64,000 nucleotides of DNA from Spirosomataceae bacterium (GTDB lineage Bacteria; Bacteroidota; Bacteroidia; Cytophagales; Spirosomataceae): assembly GCA_037191015.1 (NCBI GenBank), contig JBBCKD010000004.1, positions 4,013 to 68,012 of the forward strand. The letters are read 5' to 3'. The notes under the pieces are model-generated. The model had not been told where the DNA came from. It was given only the letters and a program-made list of their open reading frames with translations, and did no database searches. Shown here piece by piece: positions 1-10,290 of this stretch; within the stretch, counting starts at the first letter, position 1, and each line of letters begins with the position of its first letter. The position numbers and the translations under genes are program-made.

Positions 1-383
1 TGCCCCGTCCCTTCAGCGAAATTAATTACTTCCTCTTCGAAAGTCTTAAGGCCTCCGATACCGGATCCCCAGATAACGCCGGCTCTGTCCGGATTGATTT
101 TCTCCAGATCAAAGCCGGCGTCACGCATCGCTTCATCCGCAGCGATTACCGCAAACTGTGTAAAAGTATCCATCTTCCTGGCTTCCTGGCGAGGTATGTA
201 ATCGGTAACCTCGAAGTCTTTTACCTCGCAGGCAAAACGAGTCCTGAATTTTTCTGCATCAAACCGGGTGATGGGAGCGGCACCGCTTACCCCGTTTACC
301 AGGTTTGACCAAAAGGCAGGTACGTCTTTACCCAGAGGGGTAATGGCCCCAATACCGGTAATTACAACTCTTTTGAAACTCAT
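1..383 (-). CDS. fabF: beta-ketoacyl-ACP synthase II (partial, continues beyond window start)
   Basis: Hand translation from ATG at 383: MSFKRVVITGIGAITPLGKDV...RFACEVK...RAGVIWGSGIGGL; directly downstream of acpP. Confidence 0.93.
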   Translation of the reverse strand, partial: MSFKRVVITGIGAITPLGKDVPAFWSNLVNGVSGAAPITRFDAEKFRTRFACEVKDFEVTDYIPRQEARKMDTFTQFAVIAADEAMRDAGFDLEKINPDRAGVIWGSGIGGLKTFEEEVINFAEGTG

Positions 384-437
384 AAAGTGTAGAAAGAGAT
401 ATGGATACTTTCGTAAGTAAAAGTTTACAGTAGATTA

Positions 438-677
438 TTACTTGCTTTGGTTTGCTTCAAGATAGCTGATAGCTTGTCCTACAGTACCGATGTTCTCCGC
501 CTGATCGTCGGGAATGGATATGTTGAACTCTTTTTCAAACTCCATGATCAACTCTACCGTATCAAGCGAATCTGCGCCAAGATCATTGGTAAAGCTTGCT
601 TCCGGAGTCACTTCCGACTCTTCAACACCGAGTTTTTCGACGATAATCTGCTTAACTCTTTCTGAAATTGTTGACAT
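438..677 (-). CDS. acpP: acyl carrier protein
   Basis: 79 aa, [14 protein letters not shown] phosphopantetheine motif. Confidence 0.98.
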   Translation of the reverse strand: MSTISERVKQIIVEKLGVEESEVTPEASFTNDLGADSLDTVELIMEFEKEFNISIPDDQAENIGTVGQAISYLEANQSK

Positions 678-858
678 TCTGTTTGTGCTTAATGGTTAAA
701 TACGCCACAAATAAATATATTATCCTCCATTTAATCAACAAAAAAGGGAAAAGACATATTCCTTAGTAAAATGCAATTGCCGTCCTGCCGAGTATGGAAA
801 ATAACCTCTGCGTTAGTGCCTGCCCCCTTCAAACTGTACAATCCTGAATAAATTACTA

Positions 859-866
859 TATTTTTG
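859..866 (+). promoter_or_regulatory. Bacteroidota sigma70 -7 box upstream of kdsA
   Basis: TATTTTTG matches TAnnTTTG, 43 nt before the ATG. Confidence 0.55.
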
Positions 867-909
867 GCGACACTTTCAGATATAAGCAACACCAATACCA
901 ATCTACGTT

Positions 910-1722
910 ATGCCACGGATTCCTGAACTGTACACAAAAAATAACAATCGATTCTTTTTAATGGCCGGTCCCTGCGCCATTGAAGGCCGAGACATCGCTC
1001 TAGCCATAGCCGAAAAAATTACCGCCCTGACCGACAGGCTCGGAATACCCTATATTTTCAAGGGCTCTTTCAAGAAGGCCAACAGGACAAGCCCGGGATC
1101 CTTTACGGGGATCGGAAATGAAAAAGCCCTCTCTATTCTTAAAGAGGTATCGGAGCAATTCGGAGTCCCCACCGTTACCGACATCCATGAATCCGCCGAT
1201 GCAGAGCTGGCGGCTCCGTATGTCGACATGCTCCAGATCCCGGCCTTCCTCTGCAGGCAGACCGACCTGCTCACCGCCGCCGCCCTGACAGGGAAGGCGG
1301 TCAATGTAAAGAAAGGCCAGTTCCTGTCGGCCGCGTCTATGAAATTTGCGATCGAAAAAATCAGGGCAGTCGCCCCGGAAGCTTCCGTCGTCCTGACCGA
1401 AAGAGGCAACATGTTCGGATACGGCGACCTGGTTGTCGATTACCGGAATCTACCTGAAATGCAATCGTTCGGAGTTCCGGTAGTAATGGACTGCACCCAT
1501 TCGCTGCAGCAGCCCAACCAGCCGGGAGGCGTAACAGGAGGGAAACCTTTCCTGATTGAAACCATAGCCCGCGCCGCTGTAGCCGTAGACGTCGACGGTC
1601 TGTTCATTGAAACACATCCCAACCCTTCTGAGGCAAAGTCCGACGGGGCGAATATGCTCCCCCTTGACCAACTGGAGAAGCTTCTCGTGAAATTAATCCG
1701 TATCAGAGAGTCGATTATATGA
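910..1722 (+). CDS. kdsA: 3-deoxy-8-phosphooctulonate (KDO8P) synthase
   Basis: AGPCAIE, FKGSFKKANRTS, LQIPAFLCRQT, NVKKGQF, DCTHSLQQPN motifs. Confidence 0.97.
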   Translation: MPRIPELYTKNNNRFFLMAGPCAIEGRDIALAIAEKITALTDRLGIPYIFKGSFKKANRTSPGSFTGIGNEKALSILKEVSEQFGVPTVTDIHESADAELAAPYVDMLQIPAFLCRQTDLLTAAALTGKAVNVKKGQFLSAASMKFAIEKIRAVAPEASVVLTERGNMFGYGDLVVDYRNLPEMQSFGVPVVMDCTHSLQQPNQPGGVTGGKPFLIETIARAAVAVDVDGLFIETHPNPSEAKSDGANMLPLDQLEKLLVKLIRIRESII

Positions 1723-2357
1723 TCAGGGCTGTTTTCATTCTGCTGATAATATTCCCGGAAGCGGCCTGGGGCCAGGCCGACAGCTCGCGGATAGACCTGA
1801 AGGTCGGACATACCATCGCGCCCGTAACCCTCACGCTTGCCGGGTTTGCGGTGCAGGGAAAAATAAGCAGGCAACTTCAGACCCGTGTCGTTTCGCGGTA
1901 TCCGGAGTTCCATTCCAACGCGGATGACTATCTCTGGGCGGCCCCGGCGGCCCTTACGTTCGGGTTAAGCGCTTCGGGTGTAAAAGGAAAGCACAAGCTG
2001 GGAGAGCAGGTATTGCTGTTCCTGATCTCCAACGCGATAGCAGGAGGAGCTAACCAGATAGTCAAATGGGTAGCAGGATATCCGAGGCCCGACGGAGACG
2101 GCTACGATGCCTTTCCGTCGGGGCACACCGCTATCGCATTTGCGAACGCCTCCATTCTCCATGAGGAATACGGCCACCGCAGCATATGGTATTCCATAGG
2201 CGGATATACCAATGCTACTGCGGTAGGCGGGCTCAGGCTACTCAACAACAGACACTGGCTCGCCGACGTACTTACCGGCGCAGGAATAGGGATCGGAGCA
2301 ACCAAAGGTGTTTACCTGATCTACCCTTGGGCCAAACATAAATTGCAAAAAAAGTAA
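1719..2357 (+). CDS. PAP2-family phosphatase
   Basis: KxxxxxxRP, PSGH and R...HWLADV motifs; ATGA overlap with kdsA stop. Confidence 0.88.
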   Translation: MIRAVFILLIIFPEAAWGQADSSRIDLKVGHTIAPVTLTLAGFAVQGKISRQLQTRVVSRYPEFHSNADDYLWAAPAALTFGLSASGVKGKHKLGEQVLLFLISNAIAGGANQIVKWVAGYPRPDGDGYDAFPSGHTAIAFANASILHEEYGHRSIWYSIGGYTNATAVGGLRLLNNRHWLADVLTGAGIGIGATKGVYLIYPWAKHKLQKK

Positions 2358-2372
2358 GGCGGCCGGCCACTT

Positions 2373-3290
2373 TCAGTCAATCTTAAAAATGGCCAGCTTT
2401 ACAAATTCTGCCACCCTTTCATTTATTTCTTCCCGGGAAAGATTGATCATCCTTTCCACGCCAAATTTTTCAACACAGAAAGAAGCCATGGCAGACCCGT
2501 ATACGAGAGCCCTTTTGAGGTTATCGAACGATGTATCGTCTGTCTGCGCGAGATATCCTATAAACCCTCCGGCAAAGGTATCGCCGGCGCCGGTCGGGTC
2601 AAATACTTCCTCCAGCGGCAGAGCAGGTGCAAAAAAGACTTCGTCCTCATAAAACAACAGCGCTCCGTGCTCACCTTTTTTGATAACGAGCGTCTTCGGC
2701 CCCATTGCCAGTATCTTCCTGGCAGCTTTTCTCAGCGAGTATTCCTTCGATAACAGTCTGGCCTCTTCGTCGTTGATCGTCAGGATATCCACTTCCTTCA
2801 GAACAGTTTTAAGATCGTCGAGCGCTATATCGATCCACAGGTTCATGGTATCGAGCATCACCAGCTTCGGGCGGGTATCCAGACGGTCGAGCACCGCCTT
2901 CTGGATCGACGGCGACGTATTGCCCAACATCAGGTACTGCGCTCCCTGGTAGCTGCCCGGTATTTTCGGATCGAAACTCCCCATCACGTTCAGCTCCGTC
3001 ACCAGCGTATCGCGGCTGTTCATATTTTCGTGGTACTTTCCCGCCCAGAAAAAAGTTTTTTCGCCTTTTCTTATCTCCAATCCTTCCGTATTGATGCCCC
3101 TGCTTTCGAGAACACCGATCATCGACGAGGGAAAATCATCACCTACTACCGCTACCAGGTTGTTGTCTTTTGTAAAATAGGAAGCTGCCAGCGTAATATA
3201 GGTAGCAGCACCGCCAATGATTCTGTCTGTTTTGCCGAAAGGTGTCTCCAATGCATCGAACGCCACCGAACCGACTGTCAATAAGCTCAT
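2373..3290 (-). CDS. PfkB-family carbohydrate kinase
   Basis: GGAATY N-terminal motif and DPTGAGDTFAGG signature. Confidence 0.92.
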   Translation of the reverse strand: MSLLTVGSVAFDALETPFGKTDRIIGGAATYITLAASYFTKDNNLVAVVGDDFPSSMIGVLESRGINTEGLEIRKGEKTFFWAGKYHENMNSRDTLVTELNVMGSFDPKIPGSYQGAQYLMLGNTSPSIQKAVLDRLDTRPKLVMLDTMNLWIDIALDDLKTVLKEVDILTINDEEARLLSKEYSLRKAARKILAMGPKTLVIKKGEHGALLFYEDEVFFAPALPLEEVFDPTGAGDTFAGGFIGYLAQTDDTSFDNLKRALVYGSAMASFCVEKFGVERMINLSREEINERVAEFVKLAIFKID

Positions 3291-3400
3291 ATAAATGGTT
3301 TAACGATAATAAAATTCCGGCGAATATAGCAGCTATTTCCGTAACAGGTGCCGGAAACAGGACTTAAACACCACATAACAGCATACGCCGCAATTTTTTG

Positions 3401-3453
3401 GCAAAAAAAGAAGCCGCGAATTCACGAACTACCTGCATTCGTGAATTCGCGGC
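3401..3453 (-). terminator. intrinsic terminator after the NHL-repeat gene
   Basis: Perfect 16-bp stem GCCGCGAATTCACGAA (3413-3428) / TTCGTGAATTCGCGGC (3438-3453), followed on the minus strand by TTCTTTTTTTG. Confidence 0.7.
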
Positions 3454-3487
3454 CCTGTAAAACCCGCTCCGTGGTCTTTCCTCTTCC

Positions 3488-3511
3488 GTGGTCTGTGTCC
3501 TCACAGACCAC
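3488..3511. repeat. REP-like palindrome
   Basis: GTGGTCTGTG-TCCT-CACAGACCAC, perfect 10-bp stem; CCGTGGTCT also occurs just upstream. Confidence 0.55.
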
Positions 3512-3556
3512 TTCCGTACGCTTTACAGACCCTTTTTGTAAAATCGCCGACAAACC

Positions 3557-4618
3557 CTATATCCGCTCCAGCTTGCTTGGATAGGCTTTCTTCGCATTCC
3601 ACTGGCAAACATATATATTTTCGTCATTGTCGATACAAACGTCATGACAATGGTGGAAATAAGGCTTTTCCTGTACCATCAGCTGTAGTTTCCCGTTACG
3701 GTATTCCGGGGCTGTTCCGCCCGGATTTGAGACTACCTTATCATTTTTGTCCAGGATAGTTACAAAGCCCGAATCAGGGGTCTGGTTCAGATACCGTAAT
3801 CTCGACCAGCAAACGCCTGCATACAAATGGTCTCCCTTGATGACCGGCCTGCACACAAATGCGCCGGGCAGGAAGATAGTGGAAATATATTTCCCTTCCA
3901 GGGTAAATCTCTTGAAGGAATTATGCGCCCTGGAAGTAACGAGTATGGTTGGGTTCGACTTATCCCGGGCATCGTAGGCCACCCCGTGCGCAGTCGAAAA
4001 CTGATGATCTCCGTCGCCGCTACCGCCGAATTTGCCTATGTACTCTCCCTTTGGTGTATAGCGCAATACGTAGTTGGAACCGTAGCCGTCTGCTACATAG
4101 ATAGTCCCGTCGGGTGCAATCGCGGTTTCAGTAGGCTTGAAAGCCCATTCCTTTTCATAAGCTCCCGCACCGGACGGATGGTCGATGGTCATCAGCACTT
4201 TCCCTTTCAGGTCAGTTTTAAATACCTTTCCCTGGTTTGTGTCTGTTATAAAAAGGAATTCTTCTCCGTTGGCGTTCCATAGCGAAAGCCCGTGCCCGCC
4301 CGGGTACTCGTGTCCCCAGCTGTCTAGCAGCTTGCCCGACCTGTCGTAAATGAGCACATTGTTCTTTACCTCGTCGCCCAGCATAATGAGTCGCCCTTTA
4401 CTGTCCTGCACCATCTCATGGCAGTTTTTGACCGGGAACCGGGCTTCGTCGAGCTTCCCCCATTCCAACCGAAGCCTGTACTTAAAATCTCCATGGCCTA
4501 AAATTTCCCCTTCTGCTGATTTCATCATGTCTTTCATTAAATGTGGTGTTGACGATAAGGCGGCGTAGCCTAAAACAGAGCTCTTAACGAACCCGCGTCT
4601 GTTTATTTTCATTTTCAA
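3557..4618 (-). CDS. TAT-exported NHL-repeat six-bladed beta-propeller (PAL-like)
   Basis: RRGFVK twin-arginine signal; NHL repeats (PTETAIAPDGTIYVADGYG, FSTAHGVAYD, CHDVCID). Confidence 0.85.
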   Translation of the reverse strand: MKMKINRRGFVKSSVLGYAALSSTPHLMKDMMKSAEGEILGHGDFKYRLRLEWGKLDEARFPVKNCHEMVQDSKGRLIMLGDEVKNNVLIYDRSGKLLDSWGHEYPGGHGLSLWNANGEEFLFITDTNQGKVFKTDLKGKVLMTIDHPSGAGAYEKEWAFKPTETAIAPDGTIYVADGYGSNYVLRYTPKGEYIGKFGGSGDGDHQFSTAHGVAYDARDKSNPTILVTSRAHNSFKRFTLEGKYISTIFLPGAFVCRPVIKGDHLYAGVCWSRLRYLNQTPDSGFVTILDKNDKVVSNPGGTAPEYRNGKLQLMVQEKPYFHHCHDVCIDNDENIYVCQWNAKKAYPSKLERI

Positions 4619-4702
4619 TAATTGTTTAACTCAGGCTGAATTATTATTTTAGTTCTCATATTTTCAATATTCTATACTACATTTTAAAAGACGGCTATAC
4701 TT

Positions 4703-6796
4703 ATGAATTTACTCGCAGCTTTCATACGGAAGCGCCCGTTCATTATTGTTTTCCCGGCGTACTGCCTGTTTCCCCTTTTAAAAGCCCAGATTCCACCCCG
4801 GGAAGAACCTGATATCCATGCCTTTATCCAGGACCTGTTTCCGGCGACCTCTGAAGAAACAAGCTCCGAAGAGCTATTTGAGTTCTTTTTCCAGCTGCTT
4901 GCCGATCCCCTGGACATCAACCGTGCAACCGAAGACCAGCTGGCAGGCACGCTCATCCTCAGCAGCACACAGGTAAAATCCCTTATTGCCTATCGCCACG
5001 CTACCGGGCCGTTCCTTTCCCTTTATGAGTTGCAGGCTGTTCCCGGCTTCGATCTCGCTACCATCAGACGCCTGCTTCCTTTTGTCGCGCTGGAGTCAAA
5101 ACCTGCACCCCTGAAATCGGCGCTGCAAAACCCGACGCAGCACTTTTTTGTTACCCGGATGCGGCGTATCCTCGAAAAGCAGAAAGGATTTTCTCCTGTC
5201 GACCCTGCCTCCCGGTCCGTCACCCGCTATGCCGGCAGCCCCTGGCAATGGTATGCCCGCTACCGGTATGCCCGCACCGGCGCCTTCAGCATCGGCCTCA
5301 CCCTTGAAAAAGACGCCGGCGAAACCTGGAACTGGGATCCCGGCAGGCAGGTTTACGGTCCGGACTTCACTTCCTTTCACTTACAACTGCTCAATCGCGG
5401 CAGGATCAAAAATCTGACGATCGGCGATTTCCAGGTCCATTCCGGCCAGGGACTTATCCTCGCCTCGGGTTTTTCTCTGGGAAAAGGCGCGGAAGTAATC
5501 AGGACTACATTTCGCGGCTCACCGGGCGTCAAACCCTATACCTCGGTGATGGAGCAGGGCTTCTTCCGCGGAGCTGCAGCGACTTATAGCCTGAGCCCCT
5601 CATGGGAAGCCACACTTTTCTACTCGCACAAAAGGCGTGACGGGACAATCGCCGCCAAAGGTACTCTGTTTGATACCGGGGTCATTACTTCTTTTCCCGA
5701 AGACGGGCTCCACCGTACTCCAACCGAGCGGAATAAGCACGGAAACGTTCTTGAAAAAAATTACGGGGGGTATTTATCATACGTCCCCGGTCAAAAACCT
5801 TTGCGGGCCGGCTTCACCCTGATCCGGACGCTGTACAGCCTGCCCGTCGAAAAAAGAGACCTTCCTTATAATGCCTATGAATTCAAAGGCACTTCCAATA
5901 CCGTCAGTGGAATATACGCCTCGTACCGGCTGAGAAACCACCATATTCTTACTGAATTTGCCCGGTCGGCAAGCGGGGGTACCGGCCTCCTGGCGGGGGT
6001 TATCACCGCTCTTCACAAACATTGGGATGCTGCCGTATTATGGAGGGATTACCAGCGGCACTTCCATACTTTTTACGGGAATCCGTTCAGGGAAGGCGCC
6101 CGTCCGTCCAACGAAAAAGGACTTTATACCGGGCTCAGGTACGCTCCTTCGCGGAAGCTTCAATACAACGCTTACCTCGACGTCTTTTATTTCCCGTGGA
6201 AAAAATACCAGGTCGATACAGCTTCGGCCGGGAATGGCTTTCTTCTCCATACCTTATGGCAGCCGGAACGACATATCAAGCTGTACGCGGTTATCCGGAG
6301 TGAGAGAAAGCAGAAAAACAACAGCGGTCCCGGCGGGGCTATTCCCCTGGCGACGACGGTGAGAAGCACCGCTTTGATCAATTTCGAATGGAGCCGTGCC
6401 CGGAAGTATATGTTGCGCACCAGGCTGCAAGGCGGACGCTACCGTGTCGGCGGTTCGGGCCCTTCCAACGGCTTTGCCGTAGTCCAGGACGCTACCCTGA
6501 AGCTGCAAAAGCTGGAGCTGAGCGGCAGGCTGGGACTATTCAGAACCGACGACTACGACAGCCGCCAGTATGTATTCGAAAAAGACGCATTATACTCGTT
6601 TTCCATACCGTCGTACTACGATCACGGAACCAGGCACTATGTAATGGTCCGCTACGATCCCGTCAGGTCGGTGCGTATCTGGGTACGATGGGCCCAGACC
6701 AGGTACAGCCGCCTGGAAAAGATAGGTTCGGGTCTTGACGAGATTGAAGGCGCTAAACGAAGCGAGATAAAATTCCAGGTGATGTACCGCTTCTAG
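4703..6796 (+). CDS. helix-hairpin-helix (ComEA-like) domain outer-membrane protein
   Basis: PLDINRAT...ELQAVPGF HhH repeats followed by a beta-barrel-like C-terminus ending in F. Confidence 0.75.
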   Translation: MNLLAAFIRKRPFIIVFPAYCLFPLLKAQIPPREEPDIHAFIQDLFPATSEETSSEELFEFFFQLLADPLDINRATEDQLAGTLILSSTQVKSLIAYRHATGPFLSLYELQAVPGFDLATIRRLLPFVALESKPAPLKSALQNPTQHFFVTRMRRILEKQKGFSPVDPASRSVTRYAGSPWQWYARYRYARTGAFSIGLTLEKDAGETWNWDPGRQVYGPDFTSFHLQLLNRGRIKNLTIGDFQVHSGQGLILASGFSLGKGAEVIRTTFRGSPGVKPYTSVMEQGFFRGAAATYSLSPSWEATLFYSHKRRDGTIAAKGTLFDTGVITSFPEDGLHRTPTERNKHGNVLEKNYGGYLSYVPGQKPLRAGFTLIRTLYSLPVEKRDLPYNAYEFKGTSNTVSGIYASYRLRNHHILTEFARSASGGTGLLAGVITALHKHWDAAVLWRDYQRHFHTFYGNPFREGARPSNEKGLYTGLRYAPSRKLQYNAYLDVFYFPWKKYQVDTASAGNGFLLHTLWQPERHIKLYAVIRSERKQKNNSGPGGAIPLATTVRSTALINFEWSRARKYMLRTRLQGGRYRVGGSGPSNGFAVVQDATLKLQKLELSGRLGLFRTDDYDSRQYVFEKDALYSFSIPSYYDHGTRHYVMVRYDPVRSVRIWVRWAQTRYSRLEKIGSGLDEIEGAKRSEIKFQVMYRF

Positions 6797-6797
6797 C

Positions 6798-7727
6798 CTA
6801 TCTGCGAGGGCGTGGTCTTGCCGTATTGGCGTCTATGCGCTGCTCCATCCGGTTGACAGCCGAGGCCCCGAAAAAACCGAGCGCTTTCTTCCCGCTCAGG
6901 CTTTTGATATTGGTAGGAAGGTTTGAAAAAGGAACGGCAAAGAGACCGCCGTTGCTTGCTTCCGTTCGCACCCTCGACAAAAAGTTGAAGGCCGCCTCGT
7001 CTATGCTCAGCAATTCCAGTCCTACCAGGTCCTTATCTTCAAACAGCTCCCCGATTGTCAGGGATTGCCTGATGGGCTGGATAAAAATAAGGCCGTCGGT
7101 CGGTGATTCCGAAGAAAAAGCGGCATCGTAGGCTATTGATATATAGACCGGGTTGTTTTTATAGGCTTTGCCGTCACGGAGCGGCTTGATCCAGTAGCAA
7201 TCGCCTGTACCTTCAAAATCGCGGGCGTAAAACTCCGCGATAAAACCATCCTTCGGTCCCTTTTCAGGAGTGACCGGCCATGATTCATGCGTAAAAACGA
7301 GAGAATCTATAGCGGGTACCCGTTTAATTTCGTTCTGAGCCGTGTAGCTTTCTCCCTCATGCTCAATATGTAGGGTATAGCTCCGGCCGACAGCGCCGAG
7401 CACCGAATCGGCGTCCGCCGCCTGCCACAGGTAATTCCCGTCGGATTTAACATCTTCGAAGCGGTATATTCTCCCCAGGTCGTCTTCTATCCAGACTTCG
7501 GCCTGCAGGGCAGGCAATGCCGGGCTGTTATCAAAGTAGGCAGCCGATTTTGTAAGCTTTATTTTCTGCAAGCCGGCCTGGTTGGTAATCCAGCCGTCTA
7601 CGACGAGCAACGGCGGACCGGTTTCCGTTTTCAGATCGACGACATCCTCGCACCCCCAGATACCGGTCAGCACCAATAAAACAGCCAGGCTTTTCAATAC
7701 TGAGATATTCCGCTTGTTCTTTTCCAT
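6798..7727 (-). CDS. DUF4249-family lipoprotein
   Basis: Lipobox IWGC, LVVDGWIT motif, PTNI near C-terminus; downstream of a TBDR. Confidence 0.8.
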   Translation of the reverse strand: MEKNKRNISVLKSLAVLLVLTGIWGCEDVVDLKTETGPPLLVVDGWITNQAGLQKIKLTKSAAYFDNSPALPALQAEVWIEDDLGRIYRFEDVKSDGNYLWQAADADSVLGAVGRSYTLHIEHEGESYTAQNEIKRVPAIDSLVFTHESWPVTPEKGPKDGFIAEFYARDFEGTGDCYWIKPLRDGKAYKNNPVYISIAYDAAFSSESPTDGLIFIQPIRQSLTIGELFEDKDLVGLELLSIDEAAFNFLSRVRTEASNGGLFAVPFSNLPTNIKSLSGKKALGFFGASAVNRMEQRIDANTARPRPRR

Positions 7728-7757
7728 TTCTTACTCTTTTATCGAGGCAATACTCGC

Positions 7758-10199
7758 TTAAAATTTAAAATTATAAGTCAGGGCCGGGATGATGCTTCCC
7801 ATGACCGCATACCTGATCGCTTCTGTTTTAAGCGCATTTTCTTCGTTTATCCTGCCGAAGACGGAAAACGGGTTCCTCCTGTTATAAACATTATACACCG
7901 ACAGCACCAGCTCCTGCTCGCCGGCCCGGAACAGCTTTTTCCTGAGCTTCAGGGTTGCGGCCAGGTCAAGACGGTGGTAGGTCCCTATGCGATTATTATT
8001 TCTGGCGCTATAGTAATTGTACGGAAGCGCCCAGCCGTTAAACTCAAAGCGGTTGGTCGGATAGGTTGCGGGCGTACCGGATGCGATCACGAAATTTCCC
8101 GATAGCGATAGCCTGTCGCTCAGGTCATAAATGGTAACCAGGCTGGCGTTGTGAGGCTTGTCGAACCGGGTAGGAAACCAGTCGTTGTTATTAATGGTTT
8201 CCACTTTTCTTTCAGTACGTGAAAGCGTATAGCTCAGCCACCCCGTCAGCTTGCCTTTATTCTTTTTGATGTAGAACTCGGCGCCGTAAGCACGGCCCTT
8301 TCCGGCCAATAGATCCCCTTCCACGAACGGGTTGAGCAGAAGCTCCGAATTGGGTACATAATCCAACTGGTTTTTCAGGTCTTTATAATAAACCTCTACC
8401 GAGAAATCGTAGGCATTGCTTTTGAAATTCTGGAACCATCCCAATGCTACCTGGTCAGCCAGTTGCGGCCTGATGTTCGGGGAGCTCAGCGTCCACACAT
8501 CCAGCGGAGAGCTGGCGGCGGTATTCGAAAGGAGGTGGAGGTACTGTGCCGTACGGTTGTAGCTCGCCTTGACAGATGCCGTAGGCGTCACACCGATATT
8601 CATTGAAAAACGGGGCTCCCAGTTTCCGTACTGCTTCACTACTTTTCCTCTTCCGAAAGTCTCGCCCGGCAATACAGGGGACTTTCTCTCCCCGGGTTCG
8701 ATTTCTTCGTAGCGATAAAATGTACCGGGACCCAGGCTTCTGAAAAGCGAGTACCGTACGCCATACTGCAGGGAAAGTCTTTCTCCCAGGCGTTGCTCAT
8801 TCCCGATATAGAGCGCGGTTTCATCTGCATATTTAGGTTCCTGGCTAAGGTCGATCCGCTCATTTTCCGAGATGGCTAATGCCTGGGCAGGTTTGGCATG
8901 ATAGTGAATATACTGTCCGCCGAATGTAAGCTGGTTATCGGGCGACAAATAATAGGTAAAGTCCGGCTTCAAGCTCGAGCTGATGATCTTCGAATTCCAT
9001 TTGAATGCATCGGAATCAGTCTCCTCACCCATCCGGAGGCTGTAGTCATAGTTGCTGTAGTAGCCTGTCAGGTTCATAAACAGCTTATTGGAAAAAACAC
9101 GGTTCCAGCGCGCGGTAGCGGTAGCATTCCCCCATTCGAAGCCGAACCCTCCCCCGCCGAACACGTCGCGGCCAAAATACCCGGAAGCAAAAAACGTATC
9201 CTTATCGCCAAGCCGGTAATTGACCTTTGTAGTCAGGTCGTAGTAGTAAAATTTGGACCCTCTGAGATCTCTGTTGAGGAACGGCTTTGCGAGCACGTCC
9301 AGGTAGGATCTTCTTCCTGCAACAATAAAGGAGCCTTTCCCGGCGGCAAAAGGTTGTTCGTAGGTAAGTCTGGAGAAGATAGTACCGATCCCTCCGGCCA
9401 CCTCGCGCCTTTTGGAGTTACCTTCCTTCATCCGGACATCCAGTATTGAAGAAATCCTTCCCCCGTATTGCGGCGCTATACCGCCCTTTATAAGCTTCAT
9501 ATCCTTGACGGCATCGGGATTGAATATGGAAAAGAATCCGAACAGGTGGGAAGAATTATAAACAGGCGCCTCGTCGAGCAGGACAAGGTTCTGGGAAATA
9601 TCGCCGCCCCTTACATTGAAGCCCGTCGATCCTTCTCCCACGGTGCTTACCCCCGGCAGCAATTGTATGCTTTTAATGAGGTCTACTTCTCCCAGCAATG
9701 CCGGCATCTTTTTGATGGTCTTCATTTCGACCTTATTGACCGACATCTCTATACTCTTTACATTTTCATCTTCCCGCATTGTAGAAACTACCACTTCCTC
9801 GAGCTCACGGGTGGCTTCCTTCAGCTCTATGTCTTTTTTCAGATCCTGGTTCAGCTTAATCGCTTCTTCGACCTTCGAATAACCCACATAAGAATAGATA
9901 ACGGTGTAGTCGCCCTGCGGCAGGGTGATGGAATAGAAGCCATAAGCATTTGTCGCCACCCCGGTGCCTGCCTCCCTGACAAAAACGGAAACCCCGATCA
10001 AACCCTCTCCGTTACGCCCATCCTTTACATAGCCGCTCAAAGTGGCGCGTTCCTGGGCCCCCGCCAGGGAGGATAAAAAGCAAAAAATAAATACCGGAAG
10101 TAAAAATCTCATAACAGGCATCCGAGTTTTTAAAAGTGGATTTATATGTAAAAAACGATATCGGAATAAGACTATTTTACCCCCATAGGGCAAATTCAA
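7758..10199 (-). CDS. TonB-dependent receptor (true start probably about 10112-10121)
   Basis: SGYVKD carboxypeptidase-regulatory-like domain, plug LPGVS...VRGG...NLVLLDEAPVY, C-terminal YNFKF. Confidence 0.92.
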   Translation of the reverse strand: MNLPYGGKIVLFRYRFLHINPLLKTRMPVMRFLLPVFIFCFLSSLAGAQERATLSGYVKDGRNGEGLIGVSVFVREAGTGVATNAYGFYSITLPQGDYTVIYSYVGYSKVEEAIKLNQDLKKDIELKEATRELEEVVVSTMREDENVKSIEMSVNKVEMKTIKKMPALLGEVDLIKSIQLLPGVSTVGEGSTGFNVRGGDISQNLVLLDEAPVYNSSHLFGFFSIFNPDAVKDMKLIKGGIAPQYGGRISSILDVRMKEGNSKRREVAGGIGTIFSRLTYEQPFAAGKGSFIVAGRRSYLDVLAKPFLNRDLRGSKFYYYDLTTKVNYRLGDKDTFFASGYFGRDVFGGGGFGFEWGNATATARWNRVFSNKLFMNLTGYYSNYDYSLRMGEETDSDAFKWNSKIISSSLKPDFTYYLSPDNQLTFGGQYIHYHAKPAQALAISENERIDLSQEPKYADETALYIGNEQRLGERLSLQYGVRYSLFRSLGPGTFYRYEEIEPGERKSPVLPGETFGRGKVVKQYGNWEPRFSMNIGVTPTASVKASYNRTAQYLHLLSNTAASSPLDVWTLSSPNIRPQLADQVALGWFQNFKSNAYDFSVEVYYKDLKNQLDYVPNSELLLNPFVEGDLLAGKGRAYGAEFYIKKNKGKLTGWLSYTLSRTERKVETINNNDWFPTRFDKPHNASLVTIYDLSDRLSLSGNFVIASGTPATYPTNRFEFNGWALPYNYYSARNNNRIGTYHRLDLAATLKLRKKLFRAGEQELVLSVYNVYNRRNPFSVFGRINEENALKTEAIRYAVMGSIIPALTYNFKF

Positions 10200-10290
10200 A
10201 ACTTTCTCTATCCAATACCATTTATCGCGTTTTTAAGGTTGAATTTTAGCCAAAACAAGATATTTTGTCATATCAGAAAAATTAAAATAT

